37,365 nucleotides of DNA from Octopus sinensis (taxonomy: Eukaryota): the NCBI RefSeq assembly GCF_006345805.1, contig NW_021835924.1:1-37365 (forward strand). The letters are read 5' to 3'. Below, one piece after another: positions 1-12,773 of this stretch (positions are counted from its first letter, which is position 1; each line of letters opens with the position of its first letter). The notes beneath the pieces are model-generated. The model made no database searches. It was not told the origin of the DNA and saw only the letters and a list, made by a program, of their open reading frames with translations. Position numbers and translations under genes: made by a program.

Positions 1-367
1 AATTCTCCCTTAAATTAGGTGTTGTAAATTATTTTTGACTTTTTAACTGCACTACTTTGACTCCGTAAGATGATTCACTTAGCATTATCAGGATAGATCA
101 TTCTATTAATGTATAACATAAAGAGGAGTCTTGACTACGTGCTATGCTTATGAGGCAAGAAATAAACGCATTAATTAAAGTTGAGAGTGAAATACTTGCG
201 ATGTCTCAGTATAAATAATATCAAAGATATTGCACACAGATGGTATTACATAGAGATTATATCACACAGATGATATTAAACATTATAATAAAGTCCAATG
301 TGAGTCTGGAATAGAAACTATTACTATTTTCTATAGCAGAGTGAGTTGGCACATCTAACAACACATT

Positions 368-551
368 ACTCTTTACTCTTTTACTTGTTTCAGTCATGCT
401 GGAGTAACCGCCTTTAGTCGAGCAAATCGACCCCGGGACTTATTCTTTGTAAGCCCAGTACTTATTCTATCGGTCTCTTTTGCCGAACCGCTAAGTGACG
501 GGGACGTAAACACACCAGCATCGGTTGTCAAGCAATGCTAGGGGGACAAAC

Positions 552-582
<31 letters not shown>

Positions 583-754
583 CATATATACGACAGGGTT
601 CTTTCAGTTTCCGTCTACCAAATCCACTCACAAGGCATTGGTCGGCCCGGGGCTATAGCAGAAGACACTTGCCCAAGATGCCACGCAGTGGGACCGAACC
701 CGGAACCATGTGGTTGGTTAGCAAGCTACTTACCACACAGCCACTCCTGCGCCT
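368..754 (-). mobile_element. tRNA-derived SINE, family A, full length
   Basis: The minus strand reads GGCGCAGGAGTGGCTGTGTGGTAAG (A-box-like) ... GGTTCGGTCC (B-box-like), then a CORE-like CTTGGGCAAGTGTCTTCT, an internal (TA)/(TG) microsatellite, and a tail ending in (AAAGAGT)-type repeats. The same sequence recurs many times in the window. Confidence 0.9.
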
Positions 755-1230
755 AGCAGAGGATCACTCTATAATTGTTTTGTTAACCTCCCAGTGCTGA
801 CAAAATTTTCTTGTACTTTTCAAACATGAACCGGTAATTTATTTTAAGCGTATTTGCAGCTGCTCGTGCGCGTATGTATGTGTCTTCCGTGTGTGTGTGT
901 GTATCTACAGAGTATTGCATTTGTATGTGTATGATTATGTGTATTCACACGCATTTGTGTATGCGTATATCCTTTTATTTAATATATGTATGCATGTGTG
1001 TGTGTGTGTGTGTGTGTATATACATACATATACATATATATATATGTGGTGGTTGTCTACTCCTCATGCAGTTTGAACATCTCATGCACTTACACCTTCG
1101 ATGCATCATGGTGTCTGATGTGGCAGACATTGTACTGAAAAGACACTCACATGCATTGCGTTGTATATCTGAGTTGGACCATCAAGAGCTGCAGTGAAGT
1201 TCTGATCTTTGTAGATCTTAAATATATACA

Positions 1231-1990
1231 TATGGTGGCTGCCCCTCGTTATCGAGTATGGCCATTGCACGAAGCTTAATCAGTGTTGTTATCGTGCAAT
1301 GCCTGTATATTATGCGTACATATACACATACATGATGGCTGCCCCCTCGTTATCGAGTATGGCCATTGCACGAAGCTTAACTGTTATTGGTGTTGTGATC
1401 GATTGTGACTGTTATTTGCTTTTTAAGGCTACAGCAACCATTTAGTTGAGACTCACAGCACCATCCAACTCCACAATCATGAACAATGTTGCTATCGTGC
1501 AATGCCTGTGCAAGAAGTTTTTTTAAAGTGAGGAAAGGCTGTGCACTGAGTCAAAATCCCACTCACTAAGCAACAGCAGCCATGATCCGAAAAGAAGAAC
1601 AAGTCAACATCATCGGTAACCCCTGAGCCGCAGGTTTTTGTCGGAGTTATCCCAGTTACCTGAGTTACCTTCTCCTAGAAGGATGCCCTACAAAGGCTAG
1701 AGTCCTTCACTCCCAATGGTTTAACCGCGCGATCGGGTATTCAGTCCGATAATTTCTATGTCCCCGCGCATGATACAGCCTTAAGACATTTATTGGATGG
1801 CCGTTGACTCTCAAGAGTTCCTTCGCCCTTTTGACGGGTTTTTTTGTTTTTCATCCCGCAGGGTGTCCAATAAACCCCCCTCACCAAGCAAGCTTGGTGG
1901 GGTTGCCAGTTTAGTCGCCGACGACCCGACCATGCAACAGGTTGTACTGGGTTACGTGTTACCAGTAGCACTCGAAAGTGACCTGACATA
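1231..1990 (-). mobile_element. Non-autonomous RTE-like retroposon (5'UTR-like part plus 3' end) with a second short copy of the 3' end in tandem
   Basis: The minus strand carries GGCATCCTTCTAGGAGAAGGTAACTC, resembling RTE-clade 5'UTR motifs. The terminal ~50 bp (ATGGCTGCCCC..GAAGCTTAA) occurs twice, at 1231-1279 and 1331-1380. There is no ORF. The clade call is from motif recall only. Confidence 0.45.
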
Positions 1991-1996
1991 ATACAT

Positions 1997-2043
<47 letters not shown>

Positions 2044-2045
2044 AC

Positions 2046-2078
<33 letters not shown>

Positions 2079-2084
2079 TATATA

Positions 2085-2847
2085 TTAGCTGACGTACCCG
2101 GTAATTCCCGGGAAAGGGGGGTTTATCACTTGGTTCCGTTCTCATAATTGTTTTGCTAATCCAATAACAACACAAAGTATGTAGCCCTTAAAACGGTTCT
2201 TGTGCATTTACAGAGAATACTGAACTGTCTTACACAGGATCTTGATTTAGGAATTCCCAATAAGTTATGAATACCGAAATTGTGAAGTCAGTTATGTAAT
2301 AGCACAAAATTAGTTACCTGCAGTAAGAATTCAAATAAAGTATCCCCCAAAAGGTCTTTAATGCGTTCCCAGGGTATATAGAACTTAGGAGAAAATACTA
2401 ATAAGGTATGTATACTAAAATCGTGAAGCATGATACGTAATAACAGGCTAATCAGATATGAGATAATAACAATTCAAAGTATATAACCCTTTAAAGGGCT
2501 TTTGTGCGTTCCCAGAGAATATTACTGTTTAGGAAAATACTATTTACTTGTTTAAGGGTTGTATTGGATAAATTACGAAAATAACTCTAACAGTTCAAAT
2601 ACTAAGAAATAAACATACTCAATTTCATTTTTACCAAATAATTTGGGAAAATGAATGAGTTATTTCTCTTGGCTATATATTAGGATTCCTTCCAGGAGCC
2701 CTATTATCGATTTTTTTCAACAATCTGAGTATGCCAAGAGGTTTCCAGACATGAGTTCTACTCACACGTGTCAAGTCCTCAAATTGATAAAACGATTTAG
2801 GAGGAGTTAGCTAACAACGCCACAAACAAACCCGCAGACATATTATT

Positions 2848-2855
<8 letters not shown>
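2085..2855 (+). mobile_element. Non-autonomous Helitron/Helentron-like element (Lep1/HINE-type architecture)
   Basis: It starts TTAGCTGACGTACCCGG with a subterminal hairpin CCCGG-taattc-CCGGG (2097-2112) and has degenerate internal tandem units. Its 3' segment AAACGATTTAGGAGGAGTTAG...ACAAAC...TTATATATA resembles Lep1-type ends, and it is flanked by (TA)n. Confidence 0.5.
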
Positions 2856-2936
<81 letters not shown>

Positions 2937-2985
2937 ATATATATTATATATTATAATATATATTATATATATATATATATATATA

Positions 2986-3200
2986 GAGGCGCAATGGCCT
3001 AGTGGTTAGGGCAGCGGACTCGCGGTCGCCAGGATCGCGGTTCGATTCTCAGACCGGTCGTTGTGTGTTTATTGAGCAAAAACACCTAAAAGCTCTACGA
3101 GGCTCCGGCAGGGGGTGGTGATCCTGCTGTACTCTTTCACCACAATGGCGGTGCCCAGCATGGCCACAGCTCAAGAGCTGAAACTGGAAAAACAAAAAAC
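2986..3200 (+). mobile_element. tRNA-derived SINE, family C head joined to a different short tail
   Basis: The head GGCGCAATGGCCTAGTGGTTAGGG...GGTTCGATTC is the same as in the 36869-37180 copy. After ~3145 the sequence switches to GGCGGTGCCCAGCATGGCCACAGC..TGAAACT, a family-A-like tail. Confidence 0.8.
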
Positions 3201-3327
3201 AAAACACAAAAAACATACATAATATGTATATATATATATATATATATAATATATATATATATAATATGTATTATATATAATATATATATATATTATTATA
3301 GATATATATATAACATATATATGGTGT

Positions 3328-3364
<37 letters not shown>

Positions 3365-3524
3365 GTGTATATATATATATCATTTCTACACACACAGACA
3401 CACACTTACGTACACTCACACATGCATACACATACATTCACACACACACGTACACGCATACACACATACACATACATTCACACGCAAACGCACGCGCACA
3501 CACCTACTCGTTTATAAATATATA

Positions 3525-3688
3525 CACGACGGACTTCCTTTAGTTTCCATCTAACAAATCCACTCACAAGGCTTTTGTCGGTTCGAGGCTATAGAAGGAG
3601 ACACTTGCCCAAGTTGCCACGCAGTGGGACTGAACTCGTAACCATGTGGTTGAGAAGCTCGCTTCTTACCATAAAGCCACACCTACGC
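3525..3688 (-). mobile_element. SINE family A head fragment (diverged)
   Basis: Matches the head/CORE-like part of 368-754. Confidence 0.8.
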
Positions 3689-3754
3689 GTATGTGTAATT
3701 GTTTGTATGAAAGTGTTTGCATTTCTATGTATATATGTATGTGTATGTGTGTGT

Positions 3755-3793
<39 letters not shown>

Positions 3794-4045
3794 GTGTGTA
3801 TGCGTTTGGGTGTATGTACGTGGGCCAGGGTCAACCCAGAATCAGTAGATCGAAGATTAAATGAATTCCAGTCGTGACTGTCCCCACATTTTCTGACATA
3901 GTATACTTAAAATTGTTTTACAAGATGGGTTCTTTTGTAAAAGCTGTTTCGTTTGAGCAAACATTTGACAGCTATGTTCAGCATGTCGAGGCAACTTCAT
4001 AAAGGCCACCCTTATATTTATTATGTATATACATACATACATACA

Positions 4046-4079
<34 letters not shown>

Positions 4080-4085
4080 CATACA

Positions 4086-4094
<9 letters not shown>

Positions 4095-4117
<23 letters not shown>

Positions 4118-4275
4118 AAGGGAGATTTTACGAAAAAACAAAAGACGAAGACAGGTGGTGTACAAAACAAACAACTGTACTAGTATAACGCTCAGGAATA
4201 GAAAAAGTATTTTACGTTTCGAGCCTATGCTCTTCTAGCAGAAAGGGACACAGAAAAAACAAGGAGAGAAACAAT
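4095..4275 (-). mobile_element. Short non-coding repeat, probable Penelope-like (PLE) terminal-repeat remnant, family P3
   Basis: Homologous to 24810-24965. It has a hammerhead-like motif CTGCTAGA-A-GAGC-atag-GCTC-GAAA on the minus strand and sits between (ATAC)n and (GTAT)n. Confidence 0.45.
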
Positions 4276-4494
4276 ATATACATATATATATAAGTATTAT
4301 GTATGTATGTATGTATGTATGTATGTATGTATTATGTATGTATGCATGTATGTATGTTATGTATATATATATATATATATTCATATATATATATATATAT
4401 CTATTATATATATATATATGTATGTATGCATGTATGTATATATATATATACATATATAAATATATAATATATATGTATATCATGAACGTATATA

Positions 4495-4530
<36 letters not shown>

Positions 4531-4969
4531 TGTATATATATATATCTGTATGTATATATATGAGAGAGAGATATTGAAGTAGATGTGTTTATGTTAAACC
4601 TTGCGTGTGTGGAAGACAGGGAGAGAAAGGGAAAGAGAGAGAGAGAGAGAGAGAAACTAACCGTACTTCCTCCATATTCTCTGTCCTCTTTTCAGATGAA
4701 GTTTAATCTTTAACGGCAACATGATAATGAATAATGAAGTTGCTAATGGTGGCTGGTGGTGGCGATGACGACGGTGCTGGAGGTAGAGGCGGGGAGGTAG
4801 TGGGGGAGGAGGGGGGAGGCATTCGTTAGGCTGATGGCGGCGGTGGTTGAGATGGAATACAACCTGTTTTCAAAAGAACTTTCAGAATTTAACATAAGTA
4901 CATTCTTAGATAACATTAGATGATTTATAACTAAAATCCTTTGAGACAGAGTAGTATGAGAGGAGAGTG

Positions 4970-5195
4970 CCTGTATATTGTATATGTATGGTGTATGTAT
5001 GTATGTATACTATATACTATATATACATATAATATATATATTAATATATATATATATATATTATATATATATAATATATATATTTATATATATATATATT
5101 ATATATATAATATATATATATATATTTATATATATATATATATATATAATTATATATATATACACACACACACACAGATAGATAGAAAGATAGAC

Positions 5196-5239
<44 letters not shown>

Positions 5240-5730
5240 GATAGGTATTATATATATATGTATATATATATATTATATATATATATATATATTTGTATAT
5301 ATTATATATACTAGATATATATCGTATGTATATATTATTTATATAAAACATACATACATATATCATATGTATTACATATGTATATATACATAAGTATTTA
5401 TTTATATACATACATATATACATACATATATATATATATACATAAAGATATATACATACACATACATATATGCATATATATACATATATGCATACGTACG
5501 TATATATATGTATATGTATATATATATAAAAATATATATATATATATATACATACATACACACATGTATATATGCGTACACACACACACATATATATACA
5601 TATATGCATGCACACACACACCACACATACACACACACATGCACAAACATACAATTACATGAACACGCTCACAGGTACGTACGCATATGTACCCATACAT
5701 AAATACATATACGTACACCTATATTAATTA
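4970..5730. repeat. Compound microsatellite (TA)n/(GATA)n/(CA)n/(TACA)n
   Basis: Directly visible. Confidence 0.95.
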
Positions 5731-6254
5731 GCATGTGTACGTATATGCCTCGGTGTCTGTATATAAGGGAGAGAGAGGGCTAGAGAGGGAGTGGGGGAGC
5801 GAGGGAGAAAGATAGAGGGGACGAAGAGAGAGAAGGTGATTTATGTATTATTTCTAATCACATTTACAGGTATAAACGAACAGGTATACATACATACATA
5901 CACACAGACACAGACATCCAGACACATTCCCGCGCAAACGCACGCCAACACAAGCGTGCACACGCGCGTACGCACACACGCACACACACACACACAGACA
6001 CACATACACAGAGTTTTGCAGACTGACATGGTAATCAAATTGAAATGATGAGTAGATAGGTTTGCAAGTAGCAAGCAGCACACAGGCAAATGCACTGAAA
6101 TCCACATCAACTCATTGTGTATATTTACAACCGAACACTTAATTCTACCTTACCCCGGTTGACCTACTTCTTAAGGAACAGGTAGCAGGTAGTCTGGAAG
6201 TGATATCTGGAATAATCTGCGGCGCTGGGTGGGGTGAGATGTTATCGGTGGTGG

Positions 6255-6375
6255 CGGCGGCGGCGGCAGTGGCGGTGGTGTTGCAGGGTGGTGGCGGTGG
6301 TGTTGCAGGGTGGTGGTGGCGGTGGTGCTGCAGGGTAGTGGCGGTGGAGGCGGCGGCTGTTGGCGGAGGTGGGGG
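6255..6375 (+). repeat. (GGC/GGT)n tract with 3 copies of a 21-24 bp unit GGCGGTGGTGTTGCAGGGT(GGT)
   Basis: Directly visible. Confidence 0.85.
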
Positions 6376-6479
6376 AAGAATTATCTATCGTCCAATTTTG
6401 ATATTATGGAATCAGCAAAAAGCAATTGGCACAAGAGTACACTTTACACTGAACTACATACACAAACGTAGGCACGCAG

Positions 6480-6507
6480 ACACAGACACGCAGGTACACG
6501 CGCACGC

Positions 6508-6548
<41 letters not shown>

Positions 6549-7070
6549 AACACACACACACATGCACGCACACACACGCAAACACACACACAACACACAC
6601 ACATGCACGCACACACACGCAAACACACACACAACACACACACACATGCACGCACACACACACACACACATACACGCATATATATATGCGTGTGTGTATA
6701 TATATATTATATATTATATATATATATATAATAATATATATACACACATATAGATATATACACACATATATATACATATGTATATATATACATACATACA
6801 TACACACAGACACACACATATATATATATAAATATATATATGCACACACACGCACTTATATATATATATGTATATATGTATATATAATATAATACATATA
6901 TATATAATATTATATTATATTACATCGTACTATAGCATATTATATTTTGCTGGAAAAGTGACTCAAGGTTCGGGAGTTTCGTGCACGGTACATGTGGAGT
7001 GCCATGCATGGCATTCTCGGCTCTTAATTCAACTTTGTAACCAATGCTGATTAAAAATGATAAATGAAAT

Positions 7071-7126
<56 letters not shown>

Positions 7127-7263
7127 GCGCACGCGCGCATACATACTATATATACATAAATACATACATACACACACCTACACACACACACACACACACT
7201 CATATCTATCTATCTAGACAGGCAGGCAGGTAGACTCACTGACAGAGAGACAGACAGACGGAC

Positions 7264-7332
<69 letters not shown>

Positions 7333-7335
7333 TAT

Positions 7336-7400
<65 letters not shown>
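6480..7400. repeat. Compound microsatellites (CA)n, (TA)n, (GATA)n, (GA)n with a short unique spacer at 6940-7060
   Basis: Directly visible. Confidence 0.9.
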
Positions 7401-7402
<2 letters not shown>

Positions 7403-7521
7403 AATAACTTGTGTCTGTTGAAGACGGGAATCCGAGTTGATCAGCAACTCAAGTGAGGCTCAGTCTTGAATAAATATAAGGTGATTCCACATTGCCTGGC
7501 GATATTAAAAACCTTCTTGAA

Positions 7522-7705
7522 GGCGGCCATCTGGCAGAATCATTATGCCCACAGTGCAAAATGTTGAGTGGCACTTTGTTCATGCTTAGGTTCTGAGTTG
7601 AAATTCCGCCGAGGTCGACTTGCCTTTCATCCTTTCCGGGTTGGAACTCTGATCCTATACCCCGATCTCGCTGGGCCTGTGCCAAAATTTGAAACCAATT
7701 ATAAA
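7522..7705 (+). mobile_element. SINE family B, old internally deleted copy, tail type B2
   Basis: GGCGGCCATCTGGCAGAATC...GTTCTGAGTTGAAATTCCGCCGAGGTCGAC-TTGCCTTTCATCC, then a tail GGCCTGTGCCAAAATTTGAAACCAATT. Confidence 0.75.
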
Positions 7706-7764
7706 AATACTTCGCAATTATACAAACTACCTTCGCAATTATACAAACTACCTCGCAATACGTG

Positions 7765-7850
7765 TACATACATACCTCCATACCTCCATACATGCATGCA
7801 TGCATACATACATACATACATACATACATACATACATACATACATACATT

Positions 7851-7882
<32 letters not shown>

Positions 7883-7896
7883 CATTCATACATTCA

Positions 7897-7930
<34 letters not shown>

Positions 7931-8060
7931 CATACATACATACATACATACAAACATACATACATACATACATACACTCATACACACATACATACATACA
8001 TACATACATACATACATGCATGCATGCATGCATACATACATACATACAAACATACATACA

Positions 8061-8094
<34 letters not shown>

Positions 8095-8460
8095 CATACA
8101 TATATGCATGCACGCATACATACATACATACATACATACATGCATACATACATGCATGCATGCATGCATGCATGCATACATACATGCATACATACATGCA
8201 TGCATGCATACATACATACATGCATGCATACATACATACATACAAACATACATACATACATACATACATACATACATACATACATACATACATACATACA
8301 TAGATGCATGCATACATACATACATACATACATACATACATACATACATGCATGAATGCATGCATACATACATACATGTATGCATACATACATACATACA
8401 TGCATACATACATACATACATACATACATACATGCATACATACATGCATACATAGCTATA
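7765..8460. repeat. ~700 bp (ATAC)n array with interspersed (ATGC)n variants
   Basis: Directly visible. It is the source of the YIHT/MYVC ORFs. Confidence 0.97.
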
Positions 8461-8489
8461 TATGCATTTGTGTATGTATGTTCATATAT

Positions 8490-8890
8490 ATATTTGTACA
8501 TGTATTTTTAATTTTGCAGTTTTATCGTTTGTCTATGCCAGAAAAAAGGCTTTTTCGTTCGTCCTCTTGTGTTTGTTTTTGTACATGTATTTTTATTTTG
8601 CAGTCTTATTGTTACGTCTCTTGTTTGTGTTCGTACTCATCATGTGCCCCGCTGCTTGAAATTTTATTTTAATTCTCTCGCAGGAAGGCCTATGGGATTA
8701 GTGTTCTGTTATGCCTTCGAAACATGCCTGACTCCTCTAGCGACAGCTGATGACGGGGGTTTTGTCCTTGTGTAGCTCGTCCTGTATTTGTTTTTCGTTT
8801 TCTTTTCTTCGTTTTCCGTTTCTTGTTTTTGTTTTTTGGCTTTTTTCCGTTTCTACGTCTTTTGTGATGTCCTGTACTCCCGTATAATTA
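8490..8890 (+). mobile_element. T-rich repeat remnant, possibly PLE terminal-repeat derived
   Basis: T-rich sense strand, scrambled hammerhead-like words (GAAACATG at 8719, CTGATGA at 8747) and microsatellite flanks. There is no second copy in the window. Confidence 0.3.
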
Positions 8891-9504
8891 TTTATATATG
8901 CATGTATATATACATGTAGATGTAGGTACGTACATATATGTTTGTATGTATGCATATATTTTTATTTATCTCCTATATATATAATATATATAATATATAT
9001 ATATATAATATATATATATGCAGCATGTATTTTAACCGGCTCTGCAGGTGTAAATTAATTAAGATTTTATACACTTATAGAAAACTATAGCAAACGACTG
9101 GCTTCATAAGAATGATAATGATGAATGATGATGCTGAAGAGGAGGAGGAGGGTGATGATGATGATGACGATGACGATTATGGTGATGATTATGGAAGATG
9201 AGGAGGAGGTGGTAGCAAAAGAAGAAGAGTCATCAGTGGATAAGAACTTATTCATTAATTCCTGTAATCCATCTAAATACACACGAACACACACACATAT
9301 GTACACGCAGGATTTCACACACATACACTCACATAGACACACTTACACACACACACACACAGGTACAGACATGCACACATATACACACACGTCGTAAAGG
9401 CGCTCACATACACATGCTCATCAAACATACAAACATACACACATGAACACACGCAGACTGAGGCACACACTTATCATACATGCACACACATACTCAGTAT
9501 ACAT

Positions 9505-9540
<36 letters not shown>

Positions 9541-9839
9541 ACACACACAGCATTCATGCACACACTCACATGTATACACGTGTACATATATACACACACT
9601 CACGAGAGTATAATCTTGCACATCGACGGAGATTGCAACAAACTTCTTTTTTATCTTCTTTGCTTACTTTAATACGCGCCACCCCTACATCTACCCTTTT
9701 GCTAGGGAAAAAAAGGGTGGATGGAGATTAAGTAACATGGAGAAAATGGGGGGGGGAATGAAACTAAGCAGAAACAAAACAAAACACGCAAACACACAAA
9801 CCAACATCAACGACGATAACGACCACCACGTCGATCATT

Positions 9840-10285
9840 ATAAGGATGATGACGATGGTGTTGGTGGTGGTGGTGGTGGTGGTGGTTGTGGACGACAACG
9901 ATGGTGATGATAATGATTATGATGATGATTATAGTGACGATGGTGATGGTGGTGGTAGTGGTTGTGGTGGTGAGGGTGGTGATGGTAATGACGACAACGA
10001 TGATGATGATAATGACGATGATGATGTATGATGATGATGATGATGATTATGGTGACGATGGTGGCGATGGTTGTGGTGGTCGTTGTTGGGGTAGTGGTGG
10101 TAGTGGTGGTGATAAAGCACGACGTCGATGAGGATGATGATGGTTATGATGATGATGATGATGTATGATGATGATGGTGATGACGGTGGTGGTGACGGTG
10201 GTGGTGACGGTGGTGGAAGTGGCGATATTAGTAGTAGTAGTAGCTTTGGTGGTGATGAGGACGACGATAATGATGATGATGATGG

Positions 10286-10335
<50 letters not shown>

Positions 10336-10465
10336 GTGATGACGGTGGTGGTGATATTAGTAGTGGTAGCTTTGGTGGTGATGAGGACGACGACGACGAT
10401 GATGATGATGATGGTGGTTATGATGATGATGATGATGATGGTGGTAATGATGATGACTATACATT
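9840..10465. repeat. (GAT/GGT/AGT)n trinucleotide mosaic with an internal ~128 bp duplication
   Basis: The unit GATATTAGTAGT..AGCTTTGGTGGTGATGAGGACGACGA appears at ~10224 and ~10353. Confidence 0.9.
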
Positions 10466-10679
10466 GTAAATGGAAAATAATTTGTCTCCTGTAAATTCCC
10501 TCCATCCGTCGAGATTGAAATTTCTACACAGAACAAAAAAAAGGGCTGGGTGGGAGGAGGGCTGGTGAAGGTACTTAGGGATTTATTGTTGTTGTTGTTG
10601 TTGTGGTTAGCTTTCTTCTTCCCTTTCTCTTCTTCTCTCTCTACATTTCCCTCCATCCTATTTTCACTCTATTTATCTC

Positions 10680-10761
10680 TCCGATGTCTGTCTGCTTGCC
10701 CTCTCTCTCTCTTTCTCTCTGCCTCTCTCTGTCTCTCTGTTTTTCTATCTGTCTGTCTGTT

Positions 10762-10808
<47 letters not shown>

Positions 10809-10883
10809 ATTCATGTCTCTCCGAGATTGTTTTTTTGAGTCTTATTCTGTCTCTTTGTCTCTGTCTGTCCGTCTGTCTGTGTG

Positions 10884-10977
<94 letters not shown>

Positions 10978-10980
10978 TTT
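10680..10980. repeat. (CT)n, (CTGT)n and (GATA)n microsatellites
   Basis: Directly visible. Confidence 0.95.
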
Positions 10981-11955
10981 TACTGTCTGCGTTCTTCTCT
11001 TCCCTTTTCTTTTTCTTTCTGTCTCTTGTAGTCTGTCCTTCTTTGTCTCCTTGTCTTTATGTCCCTCTGTCTCCATGTAACCATCCCTCACCGCCATCTC
11101 TGCTTTTCTTCAAAAACTTCTTCCCACCCTTTCGTCTCTCTCTCTCTCTCCCTCTCTCTTTTTCTCTCCCCAGCCCCGTATCTATGATCCTACACCTACC
11201 CTATCTTTCTGTCGTCTGCTGTTCTGCTTCCAATGTTATCTAGGGAGACACTAAGGCTTACGTAACAAAGCAATGAGAATTACAAATAGAGACAACAAAA
11301 AATGAAGAAAAACGGAATAGCGACAACGAGGCCAGCAGCCATTGAGGCAGCCAGCAGCTAGCGTTAGATTCACAACACACAACCTAAATGACATTAACTA
11401 ATACACTGGGGGGATGGTGGAGAAAGGGCAAAGTGGGGGTGGTGGAATGATTTCTTCCTTTAACTACATGTATAGGGGATCAGCAAGAATGTGAAGAAGA
11501 GAGATGGGCGGTGGGAAATGAAGGCAGTTTTGGATCCTAATTTCAGAAAGTTGCCTGATTCTTCAGATATTAATCTCGGGAAGGCTGAGACCTCTCTAAC
11601 GGAAAGGGCATCGTTGTGGTCGTTGGAACCGGCAGCAAATACCGTTTAAAAGACCAGTTATAGACACTAGGTAATAATGCAGTTATATATACTCGTATAT
11701 CTGAAGAACAGCAATGAAAGAAGAAATGGTTATGGATAAAACATTTTGATCATATATCTGCTAAATTTGAACTGACCTGGTGTTTCAAAAACAATAACAG
11801 TAATAACGACATAACCACAGCAATGCTGCTACTATTACTACTACTAGTATTACTAGATAACGAAAAAGCTTTATGGAGGCGATCAATGAGATTTGGCTGC
11901 TAGAAAAAGCGGCCAAATCTCATCCTCTGCAAATAGTATGAACGACACCACCACC

Positions 11956-12163
11956 AATAATAATTTCTGATTTAGGCTCGAGATCAGCAATTTTTGAACG
12001 GCCTGAAATTTTAGTTGATTACATTGACCACAGTCAGTGCTTGACTGGTAGTGTATTTTATCGAAAAGATGAAAGACAGTCGACTTCAGTGGAATTTGAA
12101 ACCAGAAGAAAATACGGCTAAGCATTTTATCCGATATGCTGACGATTATGCCAGCTCACTGCT
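11956..12163 (-). mobile_element. SINE family B, old copy, tail type B2
   Basis: Diverged match to 13121-13333. Confidence 0.7.
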
Positions 12164-12166
12164 TTC

Positions 12167-12200
<34 letters not shown>

Positions 12201-12224
12201 TAATAATAATAATAATAATAATAG

Positions 12225-12701
12225 GTTAAAAACCAGAAAAAATAAGAAAGATTATCTGACTGCCAAGGGATGACTTTACATGGTAGATTCCCAAAGGCAG
12301 TAAGTAGGAAATAGTAATAGTTAAACATGGTTATGGTTGCAGTAAGGAAGGCTGAAAAGAGAGAAGAAAATTTGTTAGTGGCAGCACAAGATCAAGCATT
12401 GAGGACTAATCGGATAAAAGCGAAGATAGATAAAGATTCCCAATGTAGGTTACATAAATCAAAAAAGAAAAGTGTTACTCATATAGTTAGTGAGTGTAGT
12501 TTCTTGACACAGAAAGAATACAAGAAAAGACATGATAACCTAGGGAGAATAATCCACTGGGAGTTATGTAAAAAGCTAGGATTTGACCATACAGATAAGT
12601 CGTATGATCATGCACCTAGTAAAGTGCTAGAAAGTAAGGATATAAGATGAGGGATTTTAATATTCAGGCTGACAGTGTATTAGAAACTTGAAGTCCTGAT
12701 T

Positions 12702-12773
<72 letters not shown>

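Noticed and set aside
1030-1200. Cys/His-rich segment suggesting a C2H2 zinc finger
   Set aside because: No frame gives CX2CX12HX3-5H or a TGEKP linker.
2986-3070. tRNA-like sequences here and at other SINE heads
   Set aside because: The cloverleaf is incomplete and continues into SINE body, so these are not tRNA genes.
6200-6892. 230-aa ORF with a hydrophobic, signal-like start
   Set aside because: It is built from (GGC/GGT)n and (CA)n tracts.
7709-7760. 21-bp direct repeats (CTTCGCAATTATACAAACTAC x2.5) as a CRISPR-like array
   Set aside because: There are no spacers, no cas genes and the context is eukaryotic. It is a simple tandem duplication.
7449-8501. Long ORFs (350, 295, 204 aa) of MYVC/YIHT repeats, and similar ORFs throughout
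   Set aside because: They are translations of stop-poor (ATAC)n, (CA)n and (TA)n microsatellites, open in several frames at once.
8670-8765. Possible type II or type I hammerhead (GAAACATGCC...CTGATGA)
   Set aside because: U16.1 is missing and stem I cannot be closed convincingly. It is kept only as a weak remnant.
10128-10469. Asp/Gly/Ser-rich ORF reminiscent of acidic molluscan shell-matrix proteins
   Set aside because: It is fully explained by a GAT/GGT/AGT repeat mosaic, has no signal peptide or splice context, and is also open in other frames and on the other strand.
11240-11860. Longest stretch of apparently unique sequence, a possible exon or enhancer
   Set aside because: There is no ORF, splice pair or motif support visible without comparative data.
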